DNA of 58,665 nucleotides from IMG/VR virus record IMGVR_UViG_3300036766_000466, positions 1 to 58,665 of that record, one strand, 5' to 3'. Positions 38,754 to 48,411 of this stretch are shown in pieces. A program made the position numbers and the translations under genes. The notes beneath the pieces were generated by a model, which was not told the origin of the DNA, made no database searches, and saw only the letters and a list, made by a program, of their open reading frames with translations. The DNA comes from a virus (lineage: Duplodnaviria; Caudoviricetes). How positions within the stretch are numbered: position 1 is the stretch's first letter; every line of letters begins with the position of its first letter.

Positions 38754-39292
38754 TAGGAAACGTCTATCCTAAGAAGCGGCGGAAGCGTCAAATCCCATCC
38801 TCCTTTGAGCGTATCGCCAGATGTGCCAAGCGGCTCGCGCCTCATAATAATCACAAGGCGATCACTGGCGGCCACTGGAAGCTGTGCATCGAAACTCGCT
38901 ACACCCGCAAGAGACGACATGACGGAAACATTCTCATCACCAGACGCACCAACTCCCAATAATTTATTCGGAACGATGACAACCGGGATATCCGGTGTAT
39001 CTCCAGTCGGTTGCGTCTCGGCTGAAATATGTAAAAGAACCATCCCGGCCGACCCAGAAGCATTTACATGGTGAAGCACTAAATCCCAAGCAGGGGTTCC
39101 CGCGACATTCTTAGGTATGTTTCCTGAAAACACCATGAGTCCTTCACCGGAAGGCATTGATGGATTTGCAAAGCGGTCGAATCTATAACGTGCCTCGTAC
39201 CAAAGCGGCCCGTTTTGAAGTGTCCAATAGGCGTTGGCATTGGTCGGATTGACTACGGAAAGTTCTAAGGGAATTTCAATCGTCGTTGCCAT
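38753..39292 (-). CDS. Hypothetical virion protein (beta-sandwich)
   Basis: In fibre operon; three [ST]GD motifs. Confidence 0.7.
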   Translation of the reverse strand: MATTIEIPLELSVVNPTNANAYWTLQNGPLWYEARYRFDRFANPSMPSGEGLMVFSGNIPKNVAGTPAWDLVLHHVNASGSAGMVLLHISAETQPTGDTPDIPVVIVPNKLLGVGASGDENVSVMSSLAGVASFDAQLPVAASDRLVIIMRREPLGTSGDTLKGGWDLTLPPLLRIDVS

Positions 39293-42099
39293 TAGAAAGC
39301 ATCATCCGCTTGGTAGGTCACATCATATTTTATAGGTTTAGTAGAGCTTGATTCAAAACTAAGAGCCGCGCCTGCCGTCGTTGCAAAAAGAAACTCGCCT
39401 CCGTTTGAGTTGACCTGTTTTACAATACCTTCTCGTGACGCCAATTCCCATTCTGTCGTGAGCTGGGTTCCTGATGCCCCAGACGCAAAGAATCCTCTGG
39501 CGTTATCCCCATCACCTTGCAAAGAGTATGATAAAACCTTCAATCTTTTTCCTGCGACAGCCGCAATGATGGATGTTGAGCCCGCTCCTGAAACTCTCCC
39601 AGCTTTATTTAAAATAACAGCCACTGAATTTGAGGCATTGTATGTGTCACCGGAAGCGTTTACAAGCGCAACCGCGAGAGGATTAGACCGTGTGTAATCG
39701 AATACCGTTGTTTTGATACTCTGGTCAACACCGTCAATAAGTCTGGTATCGCCGCTTACTGGGAAACGTGTGAAGATCGTTGTTGACGGGATGACACTCA
39801 AATCACCCGATGCACTTATCCTCGCCCCGATCGATCCTCCGATGACATTCACTCCGACGGTTCCGCCAAGCTGTCCGATTACCGTAGTCGGGTTTGCTCT
39901 TAAAAGAACGTCGCCCGTTATGGCTACCGCCCATGCTCCGGCTTGTTTACTTTGCACATCACCAGACACACCAGTCGAGCCGCCAGATTGTCCACCGACT
40001 ATCTGGACTCCGACCACACCTTGCTGGATTACGTTTAACGAGTCACCGGATATCGAGACACGGCCACCTACAGAGCCACCAATCACGTTTACACCTAGAG
40101 TATTTCCGATTTGTCCGATGATGGTGTTAGGATTTGCCCTCAACAACACGTCGCCTGTTATCGCAGTAGCCCACCCGCCTTGTTGAGACACGGGAAGCGT
40201 ATCCCCTGAAACAGAAATGCGGGCTGTCCCGCCACCTACGATCTGAACCCCAAGAACGCCGGCGAGACTTACGTTCCCGATATTCACCCCAGGATTTGCG
40301 CGTAGCAAAACGTCCCCGGTGACAGCTACACCCCAAGCGCCAGCCTGTTTGGATTGAACGTCGCCTGAAACTCCGACCGTGCCGTGGCCAGTGCCTCCTG
40401 TGATATAAACTCCTGCCACGCCTTGAGGGACAACATTGAGGGAGTCGCCGGATATGGACACGCGACCGCCAGGGTTCAAAACTTGTACACCGACCGGTGT
40501 TGCGACAGTCACGGTTCCTATATTTGTTGATGGATTGGCTCGAAGGAGAACGTCGCCTGTGACTGCCACACCCCACGCGCCCTGTTGATTAACGAGAAGC
40601 GTGTCACCAGAAATACTCACGCGGGCACCGACCGACCCACCTATGACCTGGACTGCTACGGTGCCTTGCTCGCGCACGGGCCATGTTTGTCCGCCGGCGG
40701 GCCTTGTGTTGATCGGATTTACCGTGTCCCCCGTAAGAGCGACGGCCCATGCCCCTTGTTGGCTTACGGGTAGTTGGTCGCCTGAGACTGAAACCCTCGC
40801 GCCTATCGAGCCGCCAATCACCTGAACGCCTATTTGCCCGGAGAAGGTTACCGGCACGGAACCGGCTATCGAGACCGGCCAGGTTTGTCCTGCCAAGGGT
40901 TTTGTTGAAACGTCTCCAGAAATTCCAATCGGGGCGGTGACGGCACCTATCGACACGCCACCTGGAAACGATACAGCCACTGTATCATCGCTTGCGATTA
41001 CGACGCGGAGAGTTCCCGTATCTGTTGTGCCTGCCCCGACCGAGGTCGTGTTTCCTGAAACTTGGTTTAGGTTCACATTGCTCGCCGCGCCTCCCGCTCC
41101 AAGCGCGTTATAAATATCACCGGAGGCATTTGCCAGAGCGACGACCAAAGGATTCGATCTTAAAAATTGTTTTACTGTGGCCGCAATGGACGGGCTAACA
41201 CCGTCCATTATTCTTCCGTCGCCACTTGTCGGGAACGGCTTGAAATTTGTTGTGGACGGCACGACATTTAAATCGCCCGATGCGCTGATCCTGGCCCCAA
41301 TGGAACCACCGACCACGTTCACGCCGACGACATTTCCGATTTGGCCTATAATTACACCGGGGTTCGCTCTCAGGAGAACGTCACCGGTGACAGCGATCGC
41401 CCAAGCACTTTGTTGAGTGACCGCTAACGTATCGCCAGATATAGAAACACGGTTTGTACCACCGCCGACTACTTGGACACCGACAACACCTTGCTCACGG
41501 ACAGGCCACGTCTGCCCGGCCTTCGGAGTGGTTGATACGTCGCCCGAAACACCGATTGGCGCCGTCACGATGCCGATTGAAACACCGCCAGGGAAGGAAA
41601 CAGGTTGGGTTACCGCCGAGCCATCCACTTTGACAGCGAGGGCGTTTCCACCACGCACAAGAACGTCGCCAGAAATACCGACTGGGTTCGCACTGGTTGC
41701 CCCGGAGACATTCACCGTTCCCGCGATAGAGACAGGCCAGGTTTGTCCTGCTAACGGCTTGGTAGATGCGTCGCCCGTGACCGCGACGGCCCACGCCCCG
41801 GCTTGAGTGCTTGTGACACCACCTGGAAATGAGACTGGGACGGTCGGTTGATCCGTCGCCAGGACGACGCGCAAAGTTCCCGCGCTCGCGTTGCCAGTGT
41901 TTACGTCAGCCGCGGTGCCGACCCCCTGATTTAAATTTACGTTGGAGGATGCCCCGCCCGCTCCGAGGGCGTTGTAGACGTCTCCGGAGATATTGACGAG
42001 TAGGACGGGGATGGCATTGGCACGTGCGAGAGGGCGCACATGAAGTGCGGTTATTGGCGTCTCATTTTGCCCACCGCTGACAATCCGCGTGTCAGACAC
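39292..42099 (-). CDS. Gly/Val-rich repetitive fibre protein
   Basis: Repeats QQGAWAVAVTGDVLLRANP, GQTWPV, RVSISGD; 25 [ST]GD motifs counted by hand. Confidence 0.8.
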   Translation of the reverse strand: MSDTRIVSGGQNETPITALHVRPLARANAIPVLLVNISGDVYNALGAGGASSNVNLNQGVGTAADVNTGNASAGTLRVVLATDQPTVPVSFPGGVTSTQAGAWAVAVTGDASTKPLAGQTWPVSIAGTVNVSGATSANPVGISGDVLVRGGNALAVKVDGSAVTQPVSFPGGVSIGIVTAPIGVSGDVSTTPKAGQTWPVREQGVVGVQVVGGGTNRVSISGDTLAVTQQSAWAIAVTGDVLLRANPGVIIGQIGNVVGVNVVGGSIGARISASGDLNVVPSTTNFKPFPTSGDGRIMDGVSPSIAATVKQFLRSNPLVVALANASGDIYNALGAGGAASNVNLNQVSGNTTSVGAGTTDTGTLRVVIASDDTVAVSFPGGVSIGAVTAPIGISGDVSTKPLAGQTWPVSIAGSVPVTFSGQIGVQVIGGSIGARVSVSGDQLPVSQQGAWAVALTGDTVNPINTRPAGGQTWPVREQGTVAVQVIGGSVGARVSISGDTLLVNQQGAWGVAVTGDVLLRANPSTNIGTVTVATPVGVQVLNPGGRVSISGDSLNVVPQGVAGVYITGGTGHGTVGVSGDVQSKQAGAWGVAVTGDVLLRANPGVNIGNVSLAGVLGVQIVGGGTARISVSGDTLPVSQQGGWATAITGDVLLRANPNTIIGQIGNTLGVNVIGGSVGGRVSISGDSLNVIQQGVVGVQIVGGQSGGSTGVSGDVQSKQAGAWAVAITGDVLLRANPTTVIGQLGGTVGVNVIGGSIGARISASGDLSVIPSTTIFTRFPVSGDTRLIDGVDQSIKTTVFDYTRSNPLAVALVNASGDTYNASNSVAVILNKAGRVSGAGSTSIIAAVAGKRLKVLSYSLQGDGDNARGFFASGASGTQLTTEWELASREGIVKQVNSNGGEFLFATTAGAALSFESSSTKPIKYDVTYQADDAF

Positions 42100-44992
42100 G
42101 GATGCTCCTGAACCTTAATTTCTCTTTGAAATACTGCGGCATGAGACCAAGTGTCGTGCGTTCCCATTTATCTACACCGGCATCATAGAGATAGAGATCG
42201 CCTTTGGATGAGACTCGGAAAGGCATGGAGCATTTATCGCACACGAACTCGGCGATGTTGAACTTCCCGCCTGTGATGTGGATTTTGTCCGACCAACACG
42301 ACGTGTAAGGACAACGGGTAATAAGCTGAGACATCTCCTCGCGTAAACTTTGCTCATTGGCTAGGTCTTTGGCAGAGCGTGGAGCCGGAGTCAGGTCTGA
42401 GCCGGCTGGAACCACTGCCACGTCTATCGGCTTTGGGGCTTCGAGTGCTTGTGAGTCCAGTATATTTACTGGCTCACGTTTGATGTCGGTGAATCCGAGC
42501 ATACGTCCGGGACATGGCTCGGAAACTTCAACACCGTTTCTTTCAACTTCAATGTTTGTGATTGGGACTGCGAGTGAACGACAATTGTAGTGGGCAATTG
42601 GGATAAGAAGTGGCAAATCCTCTATCCTGAATATCTTTTCGTCCATACAAATACAATAATCCGTAGTTAAATCATCGAGAGTTGCACTATACAACCAATA
42701 ATTCACGAATCCCTGCACATCAGGGTCTTCCATCATCGATCGGCGCCCTTCGTTTATTGCCTCTCCCATGTTCGTTCGGATGATGGTGTAGAGACGGCCA
42801 GGCGCGAGAAGTTCTCCATCTACCATGAGTCCGGTGTCCACGTATTTCGTAAACAGACTCTTTAGGTCTTTTATGCCGCCGGTCAAATCTTGACGCTTGA
42901 TAGCGTTTAAGATAACTGCCTTCGCGTCGTTTAAAATATCATCGCGTACAATACCTGAGATTGAGAACGCTTTCGAGTCATAGTAGGCAAGCTCCTTCCT
43001 CACGGCGAGAGTAAGCAATACCTTGATACCATTTACATCCTCTATCGTGGCGTTCACTTTCTTGTTAAAGAACGTGATCGCCTCAGTCGGAGGAAGTGGC
43101 TCCCAGGATTCAAATGGCGGGTCTTGTGAATCTGCGAATTTCTTGGTTATCTGGACTTTCACACCAGAACGACCAAGCTCTTCTAAGAGGCGGAGTTTGG
43201 AATCCAAGTGAATTTTAATAAGCCATGACCTAAGCGTCTCTTTTAAGTCCGAGACGTTCATCGGCATTTCATGGACCAGCTTCGGATTGCCGGTAGCGAT
43301 GATGTCTTTCTTTTCTACCCACGAGACGACCCTATCCATGATTTTTACCATCTCGGCTTCGATGGACAGATAGAATGCCTTCTCAAGAGTATTTATTTTA
43401 TGCTCGAAGTCTTTGACCATGAGCTTCGCCTCAAACTTGTTTGGGGAACGGACGATGAATTTGACCGCTGAAGCCAGTTCCTTGCCAGGCTTATTCGGTT
43501 CGGCGCTCGACCCCTCCGGTATCTTGCCCGTCTTATCGCTTTCCTTGGCCGGTGTTGGGCTATCGGGCGTCGGAGGCCCCTGCGTGCCAGGTTTGGCGTC
43601 ACCGCCCCCAAACGGCCCCAAAAGCGACTGTGGGACTGGTAGGATTGTCCCTGCGTCCATCTTGGGGATGGTAAGAAACTCCCTGATCCATTCCTCCGCT
43701 GGGTTCACAAATCCACCACGGGCCAACATGTCCACGATCTTCCCGCGTGCGGTAATCGATTCTTCGTTGATTTCCTCGTACTTGAACCGAGGGGCGAGGT
43801 TTGGATTGACGTTTGGGAACGATAGGTTTAGGAGACGCTTAATGATCTGCTCGCCGACGATGTCCTCTGCCGTGTCACGCCCCATCTTGTCGAGCACCCA
43901 GAAGAAGGCGTCAAACTGTTTCTGTCCAAGACCAAACGACCCGCCGCTTCCGCCGCTTCCTTGGTCTCCTGTAAATCCAAGAAGATTCGGCACGAGGATA
44001 GCATGAGACATGAGTCGGTTGTGCATGTTGATCGCCTCGACGTAGACGGCGCTCCGGGCGGCTTGACCCTCTTTGATGTCGATAGTGACACCCTTTGGAA
44101 CGCGGATGCCTGCCTTAGCTGACAGATTTCGGATAAAATTATCTAACTCATTCATCACGCCTTTTTTCTGGATTTGATCCGGGTCAACCGTAATCACCGG
44201 GAACGGGGCGGCATACCGCTCAAGCCAGATGTTCCAAAATTTCATCGCGTGCTTTTTAGAAAGCCACGACCGGAAGGCGGCGAGAAGATCAGACCGACCA
44301 TAATAATTTCCGTACTGTGCATTGTACGAGTAGATGACAAACTTGTCCTTCGGGAATGGGTTATTGTTATTTCCAAACCCGCTCTGCGTGCCTGCCATCG
44401 GCCCGAAAGTTTGCTGTGATCCACCTGACGCTGGGATGAGGTTCGCACCGACGCCGGAATAAACAATCCCAAGAAGGTTTCCGTACACATCCGTTTTGAA
44501 ATCGTAGTGAAGGGGGTCACGGGTCTTGATCGCCCTTAACCCCATCTTCCCCTCAAATTCTCCATCGGGTAGAAGCTCGAATATAAGCTCGGAAATACTG
44601 AATCCCACATCGATGGCAGAATAAATATCGTATAAATCATTCTCGAATGTTCCTTCCATGCGCTCAAGGACGTGGAGAATATAATCTTTGTACATCTGGG
44701 CTTCCGTAGACTCGTCCGCGGCGACGATATTCCACGGGGTCGAAAGGCGGGACTGTTTTCGGATTTCAATACAGGCTTTTACCTGGTCGTCCTCCATCAT
44801 TTCTTTGTAAATCTGGATGCCCTTCTTACGAACTACAGGATCAGGGTTCCCTCCATAGGCCACCATAGAACGAATCCAATCGCCCTCGCTCCATGATATC
44901 TCCTGGGTGACTATGTCTTTTTCTATCTTGGCGGGTTCTTGGGACTGTGCTCCGCGTGCTGAGAGGGGCCTGTTTATTTGATAGGGATCCAT
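42092..44992 (-). CDS. Portal protein (DUF935) fused to MuF head-morphogenesis domain and C-terminal Cys cluster
   Basis: YG.SDL..A...W..K...W....ERYA portal motif; IIRTN...DDLTTDYC...HYNCRS MuF motif; CPYTSC...CDKC. Confidence 0.9.
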   Translation of the reverse strand: MDPYQINRPLSARGAQSQEPAKIEKDIVTQEISWSEGDWIRSMVAYGGNPDPVVRKKGIQIYKEMMEDDQVKACIEIRKQSRLSTPWNIVAADESTEAQMYKDYILHVLERMEGTFENDLYDIYSAIDVGFSISELIFELLPDGEFEGKMGLRAIKTRDPLHYDFKTDVYGNLLGIVYSGVGANLIPASGGSQQTFGPMAGTQSGFGNNNNPFPKDKFVIYSYNAQYGNYYGRSDLLAAFRSWLSKKHAMKFWNIWLERYAAPFPVITVDPDQIQKKGVMNELDNFIRNLSAKAGIRVPKGVTIDIKEGQAARSAVYVEAINMHNRLMSHAILVPNLLGFTGDQGSGGSGGSFGLGQKQFDAFFWVLDKMGRDTAEDIVGEQIIKRLLNLSFPNVNPNLAPRFKYEEINEESITARGKIVDMLARGGFVNPAEEWIREFLTIPKMDAGTILPVPQSLLGPFGGGDAKPGTQGPPTPDSPTPAKESDKTGKIPEGSSAEPNKPGKELASAVKFIVRSPNKFEAKLMVKDFEHKINTLEKAFYLSIEAEMVKIMDRVVSWVEKKDIIATGNPKLVHEMPMNVSDLKETLRSWLIKIHLDSKLRLLEELGRSGVKVQITKKFADSQDPPFESWEPLPPTEAITFFNKKVNATIEDVNGIKVLLTLAVRKELAYYDSKAFSISGIVRDDILNDAKAVILNAIKRQDLTGGIKDLKSLFTKYVDTGLMVDGELLAPGRLYTIIRTNMGEAINEGRRSMMEDPDVQGFVNYWLYSATLDDLTTDYCICMDEKIFRIEDLPLLIPIAHYNCRSLAVPITNIEVERNGVEVSEPCPGRMLGFTDIKREPVNILDSQALEAPKPIDVAVVPAGSDLTPAPRSAKDLANEQSLREEMSQLITRCPYTSCWSDKIHITGGKFNIAEFVCDKCSMPFRVSSKGDLYLYDAGVDKWERTTLGLMPQYFKEKLRFRSIRV

Positions 44993-45001
44993 TTGTCCTT
45001 T

Positions 45002-46582
45002 TTAATCCAAGTCCGGGGCATGACTATTACCGCTCGCTACGTCCGAATCGCCAACGCCGACCATTTCTTCGGCTTGATCTCCTCGGTATGCTCCGGCCCG
45101 CTCGATTGTCTGCTGTAGCTCCATCGAATCGGTCGTGCCTGTTTCTATCGCTGTTTCGCCAGAATTTATCATCCGCGTTCTCATCCACCAGGCCATGGCA
45201 AGGGCGTCTGATCTGTCGAACATGACGTGTGATTCTTGGATATTCTGAGATTTTGTTTTGAGCTTGATCTTTCGTTTGCCCCGACTCGTGTATTCATACT
45301 GTCTTCCAGCTAGCTGTCCGATAAGGATTCGGTCGTTCGGAATAGAGATAGGCGTTTGGGAGTTTGGCTCAAATGCTTTTCGGAGCGTCCAGTACATCTT
45401 CGCCGCGAGGTTATCGTAGTCCTCTGAGTCCTCGACCGCTGAGCCGAACATAATTCGGGCCACGGGGAGACCAGCCTCTTCCAAAAACCCGGCAATGCCG
45501 GCGAGCCCGCCCTCGTCCACTCCGTAGAGCTTGACCCCATCGGTTTTGATAAGGTTCTTCGCCCATCCCACCGTCTCGTTGATGTCCACCTTGTGGAAGG
45601 CTTGGCAAGGTAAAGCTAGGCGCCCAACAAGCTCCTGGTGAACGGTCTCAGCCGTGCCGCCCTTGGATACGTCGCACCCGGCTACACGCAGATCGTCGTT
45701 GCCTTCAAGTTCACGATCCACCGCGGCCATGATCCACTCAATCGGAATAATACAATCGGCGGAGGATTGAGGGAACTCTCCCAACACGCGGGAGTAATAA
45801 AACGGGTGATCCTTGCCCCAGTCATTTATGACGCTGTCGATAAATTCCTGGTTTGCCATACCAGGAATGATTTCCTTTTGCTCAATAACATTCGGGCTAT
45901 CAAGAGCGCATAGCTTGATGACGTTGTACCCAAAACGGGGTTGAGTGCAGTGCTCCCAAAACCTCCCTTGCGGAGACATGGGATTTCCAATTTCTAGGAT
46001 GTGTGGCTCGCCACCGGACGCCAAGCCATAAATCTGATCGTAGATGGCGTCTTCAACGGCCTGGGCCTCTGAAATTATAATTAATAGGTGGGGGGATTTA
46101 AAACCCTGGAACTTCCCAGTCAGGCCATGCGTCTCTTTTGTCGTTCGCCCAAACGCATACCAATCGGGGCCAAAGGTAAGCTGTTCGGTTGTTAAGACGC
46201 ATTCATTTGTTGACCAAGGGCTGTGATCTTTTAGGTTTTGAAATTGCTTGGCTATCTCCCCGAACATGATTTTTTTTACCTGGTCATTCGTCGGGGCTGT
46301 ACAGATAACCTTGGAGTTGAAAGGGAAACGGAATAGCCAGGTGAGGACACAAATCCCCGCTGCCCAGTCCTTGGACATGGAGTTTGCCCCCTGGACTGCC
46401 GTGCGCCTATTCTTAAACGTGGAGTTAATAACTTCTTTCGCGCCTGCCCAAAGGTTGACCTCTGGGATTCCAAGCATCGTTCTTGCGAAGTTAAGAGGCT
46501 CCGTTCGTAATAAAATTCTTACGGCCCTGACCTGCTCTTTCACTGAGGAGGGTTTCATCCTCTGTGTCCGGGGTGTTTCCAA
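45002..46582 (-). CDS. terL: Terminase large subunit
   Basis: TAPT..Q, IIISEA (Walker B-like), IGNP, RVLGEFP, GCDVS.GG, DRSDAL. Confidence 0.92.
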   Translation of the reverse strand: METPRTQRMKPSSVKEQVRAVRILLRTEPLNFARTMLGIPEVNLWAGAKEVINSTFKNRRTAVQGANSMSKDWAAGICVLTWLFRFPFNSKVICTAPTNDQVKKIMFGEIAKQFQNLKDHSPWSTNECVLTTEQLTFGPDWYAFGRTTKETHGLTGKFQGFKSPHLLIIISEAQAVEDAIYDQIYGLASGGEPHILEIGNPMSPQGRFWEHCTQPRFGYNVIKLCALDSPNVIEQKEIIPGMANQEFIDSVINDWGKDHPFYYSRVLGEFPQSSADCIIPIEWIMAAVDRELEGNDDLRVAGCDVSKGGTAETVHQELVGRLALPCQAFHKVDINETVGWAKNLIKTDGVKLYGVDEGGLAGIAGFLEEAGLPVARIMFGSAVEDSEDYDNLAAKMYWTLRKAFEPNSQTPISIPNDRILIGQLAGRQYEYTSRGKRKIKLKTKSQNIQESHVMFDRSDALAMAWWMRTRMINSGETAIETGTTDSMELQQTIERAGAYRGDQAEEMVGVGDSDVASGNSHAPDLD

Positions 46583-47015
46583 GTTTTAATATCTCCTGTA
46601 ATTCTATCTGGCCTTTGAACTCAATCGCTGTGCGTTTTAAATATCCGAGTGTTTGTAAAATATCAACTGCTTTTGCTTCGACATCAAAAGCTTCTTTCGG
46701 TTTTCCATTTCTAAAAAGCGCGGCTGACGCGAACTCTGCCGTTTGAATGATGTCAAACGCTATCTTTCTCTCATCCAGCTCGTCAAGCATCCATGAATTT
46801 TGTTCCTGAATTTTTATCTTGTCTCGGTAGACGTAAACGGGTGGGACGTGAAGGATTTCGGCTATCTCAACCTGAGTGTATTTTTTCTTCTGTAATAGGA
46901 ATCGGACGCAGACGCGACGCTGATGGGCATTAATCTTTTTAGGTTCGATCTTTCCGTCTTTGAGGAGAGCGAGGATGTATGGCGCAGAACTAGACGGCTT
47001 TTGTATATCCGGCAC
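46491..47015 (-). CDS. Probable terminase small subunit (HTH)
   Basis: YTQVEIAEILHV HTH; overlaps terL; start placed at GTG 47015 after GGAG. Confidence 0.65.
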   Translation of the reverse strand: MPDIQKPSSSAPYILALLKDGKIEPKKINAHQRRVCVRFLLQKKKYTQVEIAEILHVPPVYVYRDKIKIQEQNSWMLDELDERKIAFDIIQTAEFASAALFRNGKPKEAFDVEAKAVDILQTLGYLKRTAIEFKGQIELQEILKLGNTPDTEDETLLSERAGQGRKNFITNGAS

Positions 47016-47149
47016 TGTGGTCACTCTCCGTAATCTACGGTCGCATGGAAAGAATAACATAAAAGGCGGGATAAAACAAAAACACCGTGGTCTCTCCCGC
47101 GGCATAGTCACGCCAAGCACCCCTCCGGCGTTCGAGCCCTAGTAAAAAT

Positions 47150-47158
47150 ATTATAACA
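47150..47158 (-). promoter_or_regulatory. Extended -10 promoter TGtTATAAT for packaging operon
   Basis: Motif read directly upstream of the terS leader. Confidence 0.55.
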
Positions 47159-47161
47159 TAT

Positions 47162-48184
47162 TTATATGTACACGACTAATTGCGACCACGGAAATTCCCC
47201 ATCGGCTATCTTGGTTCCAACAACATCCCAGATGTGTTTTCCGGCAAGGTACGGAGCGAGGAAAGCATCCGTGCTTGTGATTCCGTATTGGGTGGTATCT
47301 TCAACATAAAAAACAGTGGCTGACCCGCCCGTGGTATCGCGCAAGATTATTCCGTAATCCCTTGCAGCGACAACGAGCATTTTTGTTAGTGGCGTCCACG
47401 CGGGATTAATCCAAACTGACAATGGAAAACGAAACCTGGTTCCGGCTGGAATCGATGTCGGGTCTGAGCCGTCCGAGGATTTCGCCGGGTAAACAAAGCC
47501 AGACGCGCAATTTGGGGTTGCGAAGGCCAAGGCACATGGGATGATTCCACTCTCTAGGTGTACCTTCCTAACCACTCCTCCTGCCAGTGGCAAATGCGTG
47601 GCCGTGGCACTGTTCCAATAGACTAGGCGGGCCAGTGTGCCGTCAGATACCGATACACTCGGCAAAATGCCACCGCTTGCGGCAGTCCATATTCCCGGTG
47701 TCGTAGTGGGCTTGGCCTGCCAAAGGTCGTATTCTTTGTTTGCCGAAAGGTCAATGATGCAGACATGCCCGTCGGTTCCTGGGGATGCCGCGAATTTTGA
47801 AGGGACGTGAATACCCGCTCGAAGTTCTGTGTCGATAGGACTTGAGACTGGAAGCTGAAATTTAATTATCGGGTCTGTCGATGTGACAAAGTAGATCGGT
47901 GGCCCAAATCCGACCCCGTTTATCCAAGCGTTTGTGCTTCTCAGATAGGCGGTCAGTTTTGTTTTGTATGCTGAGGACTGCGGGCTTAATACAATTCCAG
48001 TTTGTTTTGTTCCCCACGCGTTTCCAGGGCCGTAGATATCGGATGAGATTGGCAGAGGCGCGACCACGCTGTGAGCGGCTACCCAATCCTCAAGAGCTTT
48101 TACGCGGGCAGTTAGTGGGGCATCGTTATACGGATCGGGTATTGTAATTTTTTGTTGTGGGCCTTGCGGGATCAGGATATCCAT
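47162..48184 (-). CDS. Hypothetical protein with short N-terminal coiled coil and a conserved globular domain
   Basis: YNDAPLTARVKALE; DGH...EYDLWQA...LPLAGG...G.I..AL...GTRFR...YG....D pattern. Confidence 0.75.
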   Translation of the reverse strand: MDILIPQGPQQKITIPDPYNDAPLTARVKALEDWVAAHSVVAPLPISSDIYGPGNAWGTKQTGIVLSPQSSAYKTKLTAYLRSTNAWINGVGFGPPIYFVTSTDPIIKFQLPVSSPIDTELRAGIHVPSKFAASPGTDGHVCIIDLSANKEYDLWQAKPTTTPGIWTAASGGILPSVSVSDGTLARLVYWNSATATHLPLAGGVVRKVHLESGIIPCALAFATPNCASGFVYPAKSSDGSDPTSIPAGTRFRFPLSVWINPAWTPLTKMLVVAARDYGIILRDTTGGSATVFYVEDTTQYGITSTDAFLAPYLAGKHIWDVVGTKIADGEFPWSQLVVYI

Positions 48185-48186
48185 AT

Positions 48187-48411
48187 TTATACTTTCTTTT
48201 CTGGCGGCGCTGCGCCTCGCATTAATTTCTCGCCTTCTCGTGGAGGATCAAATCTATCATAGAATCCATCCATTTCCTCACTGGTTAGCAGGCGATATAT
48301 TCTGACTGTCAATATTTGAGACGCCTGAGTACCCGGACGACACAAGGCCCTCCAAATCAAATACGCTTCTGTTGCCGTAAGATTTAAAACTCTATCTCTT
48401 TTTACTCTCAA
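48187..48411 (-). CDS. Hypothetical protein
   Basis: 74 aa ORF in operon. Confidence 0.55.
   Translation of the reverse strand: MRVKRDRVLNLTATEAYLIWRALCRPGTQASQILTVRIYRLLTSEEMDGFYDRFDPPREGEKLMRGAAPPEKKV

Noticed and set aside
36757-44006. Long plus-strand ORFs (36757..37488, 39713..40186, 43413..44006)
   Set aside because: Antisense shadows of well-supported minus-strand genes with no recognisable motifs
47041-47145. Structured ncRNA in the terS leader
   Set aside because: Only short imperfect stems were found and no known family was recognised
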